Below, in pieces: positions 51,562 through 61,506 of a stretch of DNA of 64,000 bases. How positions within the stretch are numbered: position 1 is the stretch's first letter; each line of letters starts with the position of its first letter. Source of the DNA: Candidatus Methanomethylicia archaeon (lineage in GTDB: Archaea; Thermoproteota; Methanomethylicia; CALHIW01); NCBI GenBank assembly GCA_038845975.1, contig JAWBQF010000011.1, positions 11,590 to 75,589 of the forward strand. Direction: 5' to 3'. A program made the position numbers and the translations under genes. The notes beneath the pieces are model-generated. The model saw nothing but the letters and a program-made list of their open reading frames with translations, searched no databases and was not told where the DNA came from.

Positions 51562-51665
51562 CTTAACTAAAATTTATATAGTTTAATTGAAAACTCTAGA
51601 ATGGTGTTTAAGGGATGTGTCTTTGGGTTAGTTGAAAATCTAAGTTTACTACTGATTTATGCAGG

Positions 51666-52793
51666 GTGATGTTTATGAGTGAAGAATTTATTGTTACCCC
51701 ATGGGAGGTTAAAGGGTTTGTTGATTATGATAGGCTAATCAGGGAGTTTGGGACACAGCCATTAACTGATGATATTCTAAATAGAATTCATAAATTAGCT
51801 GGTGAACTTCATGTTCATTTAAGACGTAAAATATTTTTTTCTCATAGAGATTTTGATTGGATTCTTGATAAATATGAGGCTGGTGAAAAGTTTATCTTAT
51901 ATACTGGTAGAGGTCCATCAGGCCATACTCATTTGGGTCATTTACTTCCATGGTTTTTTACAAGGTGGCTTCAGGAGAAGTTTAATGCTAAACTTATATT
52001 TCAAATGACTAATGATGAGAAGTTTCTCTATAGATACGACTTAAGTATGGAAGATGCTCTAAAATTTTCATATGAGAACTCTTTAGATTTAATAGCATTA
52101 GGCTTTAAGCCTGAAAGAACAGTAATACTTATTGATACCCTAGCTTCCAAAACCCTATATAATATAGCTATAAAAATTGCGAAACATGTTACAACATCAA
52201 CTGTTAAAGCAATATTTGGATTTGAAGATAGTACAAATATTGGAATGATATTTTTCCCAGCAATTCAGGCAGCGCCATGTTTTATCGAATCTGTTCTTCA
52301 GAGTAGGAATATACCATGTCTAATTCCTGCTGCCATAGATCAAGATCCCTACTGGCGTATGACAAGGGATGTGGCTCCTAAAATAGGATTTTATAAGCCA
52401 GCCCAAGTACATTGTAAGTTTCTACCCGGCTTAGGTGTAGGTGGTAAAATGTCATCATCCATGCCTGAAACATGTATATTTACAATAGATGATCCTGATG
52501 AAGCATATAGAAAGGTTATGAACGCATTTACTGGAGGTAGACCTACAAGAGAAGAGCAACGTAGACTTGGTGGTAATCCGGAAGTTTGTACAGTGTTTCA
52601 ATACGAATATTACCTTTTTGAAGATAATGATAATAGGGTTAAGGAGTTAGAGTTAATGTGTAGAAGTGGTCAATTACTATGTGGAGAATGTAAGTTAGAG
52701 CTTGCAGCCAAGATAAAGACATTTTTAACTGAGCATCAGAGAAAAAGGGAAGCTGCACGAAATGTTGTTGATAGATATCTATATATGGATTAG
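51666..52793 (+). CDS. trpS: Tryptophanyl-tRNA synthetase
   Basis: VTPWEV, YTGRGPSGHTHLGH, AIDQDPYWR, KMSSS. Confidence 0.96.
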   Translation: MMFMSEEFIVTPWEVKGFVDYDRLIREFGTQPLTDDILNRIHKLAGELHVHLRRKIFFSHRDFDWILDKYEAGEKFILYTGRGPSGHTHLGHLLPWFFTRWLQEKFNAKLIFQMTNDEKFLYRYDLSMEDALKFSYENSLDLIALGFKPERTVILIDTLASKTLYNIAIKIAKHVTTSTVKAIFGFEDSTNIGMIFFPAIQAAPCFIESVLQSRNIPCLIPAAIDQDPYWRMTRDVAPKIGFYKPAQVHCKFLPGLGVGGKMSSSMPETCIFTIDDPDEAYRKVMNAFTGGRPTREEQRRLGGNPEVCTVFQYEYYLFEDNDNRVKELELMCRSGQLLCGECKLELAAKIKTFLTEHQRKREAARNVVDRYLYMD

Positions 52794-52835
52794 TAAAGCT
52801 TATTAGATTTAGGATTAACTGTATTAGGGGGGAAT

Positions 52836-53435
52836 TTGAAAAGTGGAGAGCCAATATATTTAGAAATGCTTAGAAAAATTGAAGGTATACTACGTGAAAT
52901 TAGCGATAAACAGTTTCAACAAGTCTTAGACGCTTTACTTATTATTAAGGCTAAAGGGAAAAAGGTATTAGTTATAGGTGCTGGAAGAAGTGGACTTGTT
53001 GGACGTGCTTTTGCTATGAGGCTTATGCATTTAGGTTTTGATGTACATGTTTTAGGAGATACTATAATTCCCCCTCTTGGGAAGGGAGATCTTGTTATTG
53101 TTGTTTCAGGATCAGGTACGACAAGACTTGTTCTTACAGCTGCTGAAGCTGCAAAGCTATGTGGTGCTAAGATAATGGCCATAACATCATATCCTGAAAG
53201 TCCACTTGGAAAGTTGGCAGATTATATATTACATATAAAGGGAAGAACAAAACTTGCTCAGGAAGCAGATTATTTTTCAAGACAAATACTTGGTGAACAT
53301 GAGCCTCTAGCTCCCCTAGGAACATTGTTTGAGCTTTCTGCAATGATTATTTTAGATAGTATTATAGCTGAGCTTATGAAAAAACTTGAAACAACAGAAG
53401 CTGAAATGGTGGAAAGACATACAAATATTGAATAG
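52836..53435 (+). CDS. hxlB: 6-phospho-3-hexuloisomerase
   Basis: GAGRSGL, FAMRLMHLG, SGSGTT, PLGTLFE, HTNIE. Confidence 0.92.
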   Translation: MKSGEPIYLEMLRKIEGILREISDKQFQQVLDALLIIKAKGKKVLVIGAGRSGLVGRAFAMRLMHLGFDVHVLGDTIIPPLGKGDLVIVVSGSGTTRLVLTAAEAAKLCGAKIMAITSYPESPLGKLADYILHIKGRTKLAQEADYFSRQILGEHEPLAPLGTLFELSAMIILDSIIAELMKKLETTEAEMVERHTNIE

Positions 53436-53484
53436 CTTTAGTAAAGCTTAATTCTACCTTTTAAATATAATTTTAGGTGTTGTA

Positions 53485-54303
53485 GTGTCATCAATTATTG
53501 ATGTTATTATAGCTTTAATGATTATGCTGCCTATAGGCTATGTTTCCCTAGTTAGAAGATGGCTAAGTAAAATTGGTGCTCTAGCTGCTTTAACTATAGG
53601 TCTTGTTTTAATAGTTTTCGGTGGCTGGGCATGTTTAATGGCAGTTATATCATTCTATATTTTATCATCATATTTTACAATGTATAGATTTGAATTTAAG
53701 ATTTCTAAAAGTGTAGCTCAAAAAGTAAGAGGATGGAAGAATGTTATTGCTAACGGTGCTGTAGCCACTTTTTTTGCTATTGCCGAAGGTATTTATGGTG
53801 GTGGAGCTTTCCTAGGTGGTTTTATAGGTGCTATAAGTACAGCTACAGCAGATACCTTAGCAACTGAGATAGGTTTACTGTATCCTGGAGACCCTAGATT
53901 AATAACAGATTTAAGGAGAAAGGTTCGGCCAGGTACTTCGGGAGCTATATCTCCACTTGGAGAATTCGGTGCTATACTAGGAGTTCTAACTATTGGGTTA
54001 GTATTTATGATTTCAAGAATTCTTGATGGACAGTTGATAGCTAACTTTAACATAGTAATATTGTCGTGTATTACAGGTATTATAGGAACTACTGTTGATA
54101 GCTTACTTGGAGCTACGATACAAGCTCAATATCTCTGTTTTAAATGTAACTGTATAACTGAAGAAAGCATGCATACCTGTGGTTCAAGGTCAAAGCTTAT
54201 CCGTGGATATGCTTTCTTTAACAATAATATAGTTAACCTCATGTCAACACTTACAGGTGGATTGCTGGGATTTATATTAGCCTACCTTATTCCACTATTT
54301 TGA
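53485..54303 (+). CDS. DUF92/TMEM19-family membrane protein
   Basis: NVIANG, ADTLATEIG, PGTSGAIS..G, DSLLGATIQ, NNNIVN. Confidence 0.88.
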   Translation: MSSIIDVIIALMIMLPIGYVSLVRRWLSKIGALAALTIGLVLIVFGGWACLMAVISFYILSSYFTMYRFEFKISKSVAQKVRGWKNVIANGAVATFFAIAEGIYGGGAFLGGFIGAISTATADTLATEIGLLYPGDPRLITDLRRKVRPGTSGAISPLGEFGAILGVLTIGLVFMISRILDGQLIANFNIVILSCITGIIGTTVDSLLGATIQAQYLCFKCNCITEESMHTCGSRSKLIRGYAFFNNNIVNLMSTLTGGLLGFILAYLIPLF

Positions 54304-55233
54304 AATAAAGCATGTTCCTTCTCCTATGAAGAACGGTTCTCTTAGCTTAGCAGCTTTCCTAAAAGCTTTAATTACATCGTTTTTAGACTTGGCTCTCAGA
54401 GCTTTACTTAAATCTACTAGGTTATTGTTTCTCATTAGGCATGGTTTAATTTTACCATCATATGTAACTCTAATTCTTGTACAATGTGCACAGAATTCAG
54501 GGTTATGCATTGGTTTTACTATTTCAATATATGCCTTATTAACTATAAACTGTCTTCTTGCATGCATATCCTTTCTCACAATTATATTTCTCGCTCTTTT
54601 TAGAAGTTCTAATTCAATATTGTTTAGCGGGTAGTAGAGCTTATAGTACTTATCGATAGCGAGTCCTAATGGTTCTAACTCAATTAATTGAAGAATAACT
54701 TCATTTTCATTTGCAAACTCTATAGCTTCATTTATTTCATCACTATTTACATTCTTGAGAACTACAAAGTTTATTTTAACAGGATGTAGTTTAGCATTGA
54801 TTGCTTCTCTTATTCCCGTCATTACATTCATAAACAAATCTAAACCCGTAATTTTCAAGTATTTATCCCTTCTAAATGATGGAAGACTAATATTAACCCT
54901 CTTTAAACCTGCATTTTTCAGTTCTAATACTTTATCAGCTATTAGTATACCGTTTGTAGTTATTGATATATCTTCAAATCTCAGCTCTGAAAATATTTTA
55001 ACGATTTCAACTATATCACGTCTAAGAAGAGGTTCACCACCTGTAAACTTAACTCTATTTATTTCAAGATGTTTAGAGGCTTCAGCTATTAGCTTAATAT
55101 CTTCAATAGCTAGTTCATAACTTTCCCTTCTTTCTTCCCCCTCTCTATGACAATATATACATTTTAAGTTACATCTATCTGTTAAGCTAATTCTTAAGTT
55201 CTTAATGGGCCGTCCAAATCTATCAATAAGCAT
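54295..55233 (-). CDS. moaA: GTP 3',8-cyclase
   Basis: LRISLTDRCNLKCIYC, TGGEP, FCAHCTRIRVT.DG.IKPCL. Confidence 0.95.
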   Translation of the reverse strand: MLIDRFGRPIKNLRISLTDRCNLKCIYCHREGEERRESYELAIEDIKLIAEASKHLEINRVKFTGGEPLLRRDIVEIVKIFSELRFEDISITTNGILIADKVLELKNAGLKRVNISLPSFRRDKYLKITGLDLFMNVMTGIREAINAKLHPVKINFVVLKNVNSDEINEAIEFANENEVILQLIELEPLGLAIDKYYKLYYPLNNIELELLKRARNIIVRKDMHARRQFIVNKAYIEIVKPMHNPEFCAHCTRIRVTYDGKIKPCLMRNNNLVDLSKALRAKSKNDVIKAFRKAAKLREPFFIGEGTCFISK

Positions 55234-55245
55234 TTCATCGCCAAT

Positions 55246-55932
55246 CTATGTAAGCTTATCCTGTTTATAATGTTTATCTTCCATTGTGAATGGTCTATTT
55301 AGAATTTCAAATATTTTTACTGCTTTATTTCTACCAATTATTACAGCAAGCTCAGACTGACTTGCTGTAAATACTTTTCTTAGAGTTTTAAAATGTTGTA
55401 GAAGTCTAACTCCTAATTTGCTTCCTATTCCTGGTAGAGATTGTATAATGTATTGCTGCCATTCATTAATGCTACTTAAACTTGGCTTCTTATGAATTGT
55501 TATCGGTTTCTCTCTTTTAAACTGTTCATGTATAGCTATTAAGTTAATAATTTCAGCTGTTTGATCTTCATTCAAAGTATATATAATTTTCAAGTTGTAG
55601 CCTGTAATGATTGATGCTAGGGCTCCCCAGAATATTTTAGGGTTTATTTCATCCAATCTCTTAAATATTTCCCCCTCAATTATGAGTATAGGGTTTTCAT
55701 AAGATTCACATAATCTCCTAACTTGATCAAATAGTCTCCCATCAAAGATTGATTTTATAAAGTCTCTATCTGTTTTCCTCTCGATAGCTGTACTACTTGA
55801 TACTACATAGTCACCTACAGTAAGTTCTCTGTAAAATATTTGCGCACCTATACTTACAAGTTTCTCAGGAACTCCTGAGTTTCTTTCTCTTCCATCAATA
55901 AATATTGTCCCCCTCATATCTAGTTCCTCCAT
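55246..55932 (-). CDS. xpf: XPF/ERCC4 structure-specific endonuclease (short type)
   Basis: DGRE, GDY, IERKT..DF, HhH LPGIG, C-terminal PIP-like KQDKL. Confidence 0.9.
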   Translation of the reverse strand: MEELDMRGTIFIDGRERNSGVPEKLVSIGAQIFYRELTVGDYVVSSSTAIERKTDRDFIKSIFDGRLFDQVRRLCESYENPILIIEGEIFKRLDEINPKIFWGALASIITGYNLKIIYTLNEDQTAEIINLIAIHEQFKREKPITIHKKPSLSSINEWQQYIIQSLPGIGSKLGVRLLQHFKTLRKVFTASQSELAVIIGRNKAVKIFEILNRPFTMEDKHYKQDKLT

Positions 55933-56141
55933 AATATAGAAGATAGTATTATTATTTAAGTACTACAGTGATTTGAAAGTTTTGATAGATATGTAATTGT
56001 TAAAGCATGTTAAAAAAGCTATAACTTGACAAAATTATGTGAAATACTATAGTAACTCTATCTATTAAACTTCTTCAATACCTATTATTCAAGTTGATGA
56101 GCTAAAGTTTTCTAGTAGTAGGTAGTATTGATTTATAATGT

Positions 56142-58085
56142 TTAGAATGTCGCTGTAAATTTCCTTAGGGTTTCTATAAGATTTTTAAATTTTTTAAAGC
56201 CTTTAATATCTTTTCTTATATCCTCTGGTAGTTTGCTTTTAAATCTTCCAGATACCCTTCTATCCATTAAGACTATTATTCCCTTATCTTCCTGACTTCT
56301 AATTAGCCTACCTATAGATTGAGCTAAAGCATTTATGCATGGTATTTCATCTGAGTATTTAACAGCGTTTTCGCCAAACTTAGTTTTATAGAATGCTCGT
56401 AGAGCTTCATGTATTTCAGTTTTTTTAGGATATGGTAGACCAACAACTATAACACCTAATAGTAGGCTTCTACCCTCCTCAGTCATATCAACTCCCTCAC
56501 TTATTTTCCCTCTTGCTACGCCTGTAATAATACATCTATCTTTAGATTTTAAAAATTCAAGAACTTCAACTATGTTCGTATCTTTCTCTTCTTTAAGTAT
56601 TGGTATATTTGTATTCATACTTCTAATTATGTTATTTGCTACTTCATATGATGGAAAGTATATAGCTATTCTTCCAGGTATGTTTTTGGTGATTTCTTTA
56701 AGATGTTCAGCTATTTTGTAGTACTCCTCTAAACTCCTTTTTTCATACTTTGTTGTCACAGTTCTATCAACAAGTATTAATCTGTTTTCACGTGGAAATG
56801 GACTTGGTAAATTTAGAGCCTCATATGTTTTCCTTATTCCTAGAACATCAATGTAGTATTGAAACTCCCATAATGTACCTGACATTAATATTGTTGATCT
56901 AAGCTGATTTATTATGTTTCCAGCTATTGATGGATCCATGCATTTAAATCCAATTCTATACATGTCCTCTTTATCCCCATTCTTTACTGCTAGTGAGTAG
57001 AATACATGTGATTTATTATTTGCATTTATCCATGAATATACAAATTCAGCACATCTTCCAATATATGATGTTGGTCTTCCCCCCTTTTCAAGCTTAGAAA
57101 GTCTTACGGATTCTCCTATCAAAATAAGTTTTTCACATAAATCACTTACATCATTCAAACCAGTTAGTTTTCTGATTTCCATTATTACTCTATCTTTTTC
57201 AATTAGATGTTCCTCATCAAATTTATGATGATGCTTAGCTTCTAATCCTAGCTTTCTGACTACATGATCTAGAGCTTCTATAAAGCCATAATCATCGATC
57301 CTAAATTCCTCAGCTTCTTTTAAAGCTCTATCTACTGTTATTGTTGAAAGTTCATCTGAAAACATTCCTGTAGCATAGTCAGGCAAGCTATGTGCTTCAT
57401 CAAATACACAATCAATACCTTCAATCTTAATTTTTGCTTTTGAAATTATGGATTCTCTAATTGCTTCTGATAGTATATAGTTATAGTTTCCTACTACTAC
57501 TTCAGAGTATGGCATTAATGCTTTACTAACCTCATGAGGGCATAGTTTAAACTCTTTGCAGAAGTTGTAAAGTTCATCTGGTAATAGTGGGCTTATTACT
57601 TTTAGTCTTAATAATGCATATTGCGCTCTTGATGTAAGTCTCCACCTCTCTATAGTATTGGTGTAATATTCACATCCTCCATTTAGTTTCATCTCCTTTA
57701 TATCTTTACAGTATCTTATAAAGTCGTGATAGCTTAATTTTTTTAGTCTTTCATCATCTTTAGCTTTAGGACATATTTCCTGTTTGCTTGTTAAAATTGA
57801 TGCTACAAAGTTTTTACCACTATGCTGTTTAATGCCTTTAAGTTCTCTACAAAATATTTCAAGCTGACTTCTTGTACGTGTAAGTACAAACAGTTTCCCA
57901 GCACTGTGATTACTTTTAGCTATGAAGAAAGCTGTAAGAACTGATACTGATTTCCCAGTTCCACATGGCGAGTTCAGTAAACCAACGATTCCCTTAGATA
58001 TAATTCTATATGCGAATAGAATTGCCTCCTTTTGATAGGGACGGAACTTTCCATATGGAAAGAACTTTAATATTTCCCTCTCCAT
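56142..58085 (-). CDS. xpd: XPD/Rad3 Fe-S DNA helicase
   Basis: RPYQ, SPCGTGKS, four Fe-S Cys, DEAH, SGTL, SEGVD, QSIGRLIR. Confidence 0.9.
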   Translation of the reverse strand: MEREILKFFPYGKFRPYQKEAILFAYRIISKGIVGLLNSPCGTGKSVSVLTAFFIAKSNHSAGKLFVLTRTRSQLEIFCRELKGIKQHSGKNFVASILTSKQEICPKAKDDERLKKLSYHDFIRYCKDIKEMKLNGGCEYYTNTIERWRLTSRAQYALLRLKVISPLLPDELYNFCKEFKLCPHEVSKALMPYSEVVVGNYNYILSEAIRESIISKAKIKIEGIDCVFDEAHSLPDYATGMFSDELSTITVDRALKEAEEFRIDDYGFIEALDHVVRKLGLEAKHHHKFDEEHLIEKDRVIMEIRKLTGLNDVSDLCEKLILIGESVRLSKLEKGGRPTSYIGRCAEFVYSWINANNKSHVFYSLAVKNGDKEDMYRIGFKCMDPSIAGNIINQLRSTILMSGTLWEFQYYIDVLGIRKTYEALNLPSPFPRENRLILVDRTVTTKYEKRSLEEYYKIAEHLKEITKNIPGRIAIYFPSYEVANNIIRSMNTNIPILKEEKDTNIVEVLEFLKSKDRCIITGVARGKISEGVDMTEEGRSLLLGVIVVGLPYPKKTEIHEALRAFYKTKFGENAVKYSDEIPCINALAQSIGRLIRSQEDKGIIVLMDRRVSGRFKSKLPEDIRKDIKGFKKFKNLIETLRKFTATF

Positions 58086-58213
58086 TATGTAATCATCTTA
58101 CAACATCAAGTTCCTACTTAACAGCAGTTATCTATACTTACCTTTAAATCTTTTACTGTTAATATAGTTCGTTTACGTTAGATTTAAATTCTGGATTGTC
58201 CTAAATCCTATAG

Positions 58214-58747
58214 GTGGGTCTCTTGGAAACTATTCCAATGGACTATATTGAAAAGGAATTTATGGAAAACTATAACAAAAATCCACGTGGATGGCGTGTC
58301 TTAAGTGGTAAAGCTAGAGATGGATATTATAATCTTTATATTGTAAATTTCAGTACTGGTGATGCTTATGTTTTAAAGTTTGACAGTCCATTTAAGCTAC
58401 GACCAGTTGGCGTTGGTTTTAAAGCAAAAATTGATGATTTAAACATTCAAGGCATTAAGACCTATGAGTATGGGTTTAGACCCTTAAGTTCTTCTCTATT
58501 TAGAAAGGTTATGGAAGCAATTAGGTTGAGAGAATTTCCTATTCTTATAGGTGATGAGATAAGAAAGATTTTAAATATTGAGCCTAAGCCTACTAGTGAA
58601 GTTGCTGGTAAGCCTACGATTGAAGGGCCGTTGATGGTTATTAGGAATCCTGATATTATATCTTTAAGGCAGATTGAACTTGAATATAAACTTAGATTTG
58701 AGCTTGAGAAGCTAATATTTAAAAAAGGTTACATTTCATACTTTTAA
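58214..58747 (+). CDS. Hypothetical protein
   Basis: 177-aa ORF with normal composition. No motif recognised. Confidence 0.7.
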   Translation: MGLLETIPMDYIEKEFMENYNKNPRGWRVLSGKARDGYYNLYIVNFSTGDAYVLKFDSPFKLRPVGVGFKAKIDDLNIQGIKTYEYGFRPLSSSLFRKVMEAIRLREFPILIGDEIRKILNIEPKPTSEVAGKPTIEGPLMVIRNPDIISLRQIELEYKLRFELEKLIFKKGYISYF

Positions 58748-58876
58748 ATACTAGCTACTAGAATACTGTATGTGTTAGAATATATACTAGGAAGTATATG
58801 AATTGAAGACTTTAAGATTTTAAACAGTAATTAATATTTGTAATTTGCCTAAATATACCTAATTTAAATAAAGTAT

Positions 58877-59559
58877 GGCTTTGTTAACTTAAGCATGTTT
58901 TATCACCTCTATTTTGGTATTGTGTTTCTATGAATTCTTAGCTTTTATTTTCCTTATCCATGTTTGTTTAGTATGTATATTATTGATTATAAGCATTAAT
59001 ACATGTTCATTATCGCATTTATCCTTCATGCATGGTATATAATTATCGAATACTCTATCCTTAATGTATTGTATTATTCTCTCCATTAGTTCTAACCTCT
59101 AAACTATATCATGTTTAATTTTAATATTTTACATGATGCTTTATAGTGTCGAGCACCATCACTTAATACAATTATATTAGCCATGGATAGCCCTAATCTT
59201 TTAATGTTAGGGTGTAAGTATATTTGAAACATCACAAACCAATACATATAGAATCCTCCTTAACAATAGCTTAAACGCAACATATATAACCTTACTCTTA
59301 GAATCTACACTTACAATAGATCAACTATAAATCTAACATCCCTCCTATCAATAGAAGATTAAGATAAACCATAATATGGATACATAACTCCTACAACAAT
59401 AAAGCTTAATTCCGAAGCCATCCTAGAAGAACGAAAATATATAAGTAATAAACAACTAGAGTAAATGGAGTTCTCTCCCTACAAACCTAACAACTTTAAC
59501 CATATTAACACCATAAACAAGGGAGGAAACTCCCAAATAAATCTAAAGTTAACAAAGCT
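58877..59559 (-). mobile_element. Degenerate IS6-family element
   Basis: TIRs GGCTTTGTTAACTT and AAGTTAACAAAGCT. Reverse-complement homologue of 9275-10118 without the MITE. Confidence 0.8.
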
Positions 59560-59605
59560 TATTGCAATACCATAAAGCTTAAATTCCACTTTAAATAGAG
59601 AAGTT

Positions 59606-60271
59606 ATGGCTTCATTGAAAACTAATTTAAAGCAGAAAGTAGAGAATGCATTATTATCGTTTGATAATGATGTTATCTTCAATACTGTTAAGGAGTTACT
59701 AAGTGAAGGTTGCGATCCTCTAGATATTGTAAATACTTTAAGTAATGCTTTAAAGATTGTTGGGGAAAAGTTTGAAAGGGGAGAAATCTTCTTAATACAT
59801 TTAGTTACTATAGGTGAAGCTGTGAAAAAAGCTACTTCTGAATTATTGGAGCCGTTAATAAGGATGCGTGGGGTTAAAGGAAGATTTTTAGGTAGGGTTG
59901 TTATTGGAACTGTTGAAGGGGATATTCATGATATAGGTAAGAATATTGTTGCATCAATGCTTTTTGCAGCTGGATTTGAAGTTTATGATTTAGGTAAGGA
60001 TGTACCAGTAGAGGAATTCATAAATAAGGTTAGAGAGTTAAAACCGGAAATTCTAGCACTATCTGCTCTACTTACAACAACACTACCTGTTCAGAGAGAA
60101 GTTATTGAGGCTTTGAAAAGAGATGGGTTAAGAAATAGTGTAAAGGTTATGGTTGGTGGAGCACCTGTAACTAAGAGATGGGCTGAAGAAATAGGGGCAG
60201 ATGGTTATGGAGTAGATGCAGTAGAGGCTGTAATGATAGCTAAAAACTTAGTTAAAACTCTCAAAGGATAA
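59606..60271 (+). CDS. Methyltransferase cognate corrinoid protein (MttC/MtgC-like)
   Basis: Cap domain plus GTVEGDIHDIGKN, LSALLTTT, VGGAP. Confidence 0.93.
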   Translation: MASLKTNLKQKVENALLSFDNDVIFNTVKELLSEGCDPLDIVNTLSNALKIVGEKFERGEIFLIHLVTIGEAVKKATSELLEPLIRMRGVKGRFLGRVVIGTVEGDIHDIGKNIVASMLFAAGFEVYDLGKDVPVEEFINKVRELKPEILALSALLTTTLPVQREVIEALKRDGLRNSVKVMVGGAPVTKRWAEEIGADGYGVDAVEAVMIAKNLVKTLKG

Positions 60272-60286
60272 TGATGGTTTAGGATT

Positions 60287-61180
60287 ATGTGGATTTTTCA
60301 ATCTCCCCAGCAAAAGTTTACTATAGGTAAAGTAATACTAGGAGGACTACCAGGTGAAAATCCTACAGTGCTTATAGGGTCTATCTTCTATCATAATCAG
60401 AAAAAAATCTGGCTTAATACTTTAGATGGGATATTTAACCGTGAAGAAGCTGAAAAGCTTATCAAAATACAAGAAGAATTTGCAGATAGAACAGGGCTGC
60501 AGTCAATGCTTGATGTTGTTATACCCTCCAGAAAATGCATTGAGAAGATTATAGATTTTATATGTTCAGTAACAAATAGTTCAATACTTATAGATTCACC
60601 ATCGGTAAATATTAGAATAGAGGCTTTAAAATATGCTGGAGAAATAGGAGTTCTTGAAAAATGTATTTACAACTCACTAAATCCTGAATCTTCAGAGCTG
60701 GAAATAAATAAAGTAAGGGAGATAGGAGTAGGATCTGTTATACTGCTAGCCTATAATACTAAGGATTTAACATCCAATGGAAAAATTAAAGCTATAAAGG
60801 AGCTAATTCCAAAGGTTAAAGATTTGAAAATACTTATAGATACATGTGTAATAGATATACCATCTCTTGGATTAGCTCTTAAAGCTATGCTTAGTCTAAA
60901 GAGTGAATATGGATATCCAGTAGGATGTGGTGCTCACAACGCTATTGAAACATGGAGAGGGTTAAAAACTAAAATGGGTACTCAGTCAATCAATCCATGT
61001 ATTGCAGCTGCAAACACCATAACTCTTACAGCTGGAGCAGATTTTATTCTGTATGGTCCAATAGAGAATGCCCCAATAGTCTTTCCAGCGGTCGCTATGG
61101 TGAATGCAGCTCTCTCACAACTCCTAATAGAGGAGGGAAAATTACCTCCAAAAAACAGTCCAATATTTAAAATAGGATAA
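60287..61180 (+). CDS. MtrH/MtgA-like methylcorrinoid:tetrahydropterin methyltransferase
   Basis: GGLPGENPTVLIGSIFY, IDS, YNS, GCGAHNA, GADFILYGPIE. No other mtr subunits adjacent. Confidence 0.88.
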   Translation: MWIFQSPQQKFTIGKVILGGLPGENPTVLIGSIFYHNQKKIWLNTLDGIFNREEAEKLIKIQEEFADRTGLQSMLDVVIPSRKCIEKIIDFICSVTNSSILIDSPSVNIRIEALKYAGEIGVLEKCIYNSLNPESSELEINKVREIGVGSVILLAYNTKDLTSNGKIKAIKELIPKVKDLKILIDTCVIDIPSLGLALKAMLSLKSEYGYPVGCGAHNAIETWRGLKTKMGTQSINPCIAAANTITLTAGADFILYGPIENAPIVFPAVAMVNAALSQLLIEEGKLPPKNSPIFKIG

Positions 61181-61404
61181 ACTTATTTAAACAATCACAT
61201 CATTAATCTATGAAACACTCTATATTTGTAGATTATCATAAACCCATAGGAAACTACTATTTAAAGTATAGTTTAACTAGTAATCTATATTCATGAGGTG
61301 GCCTATAGTTAAATTTCTCGATTTGCTATGAATTCTACTTGTTATACTAACCGTAAAAATATGTATGCCTTCTATACTTAAGACTTACAGCCTATAAAAT
61401 CGAC

Positions 61405-61456
61405 TTGTGAACTTAAGCCATCAGCTACATTACTTTCATATCTAAAGTTAACAGAG
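61405..61456 (+). repeat. Copy of ~55-bp dispersed repeat
   Basis: TTGTGAACTTAAGCCATCAGCTACAT...AAAGTTAACAGAG, as at 36637. Confidence 0.8.
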
Positions 61457-61506
61457 TTATATAAGCCTCACGTAAAATTTAAATTTTAGAATGCTACTGG
61501 ACTCAA

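Noticed and set aside
51600-51665. Possible C/D-box sRNA upstream of trpS
   Set aside because: A CTGA is present but there is no convincing RTGATGA C box.
1596-55120. Many antisense or overlapping ORFs in the track (e.g. 1596-2003, 20103-20738, 26368-26784, 35564-35986, 54755-55120)
   Set aside because: They are shadows of well-supported genes on the other strand or frame and have no recognisable motifs.
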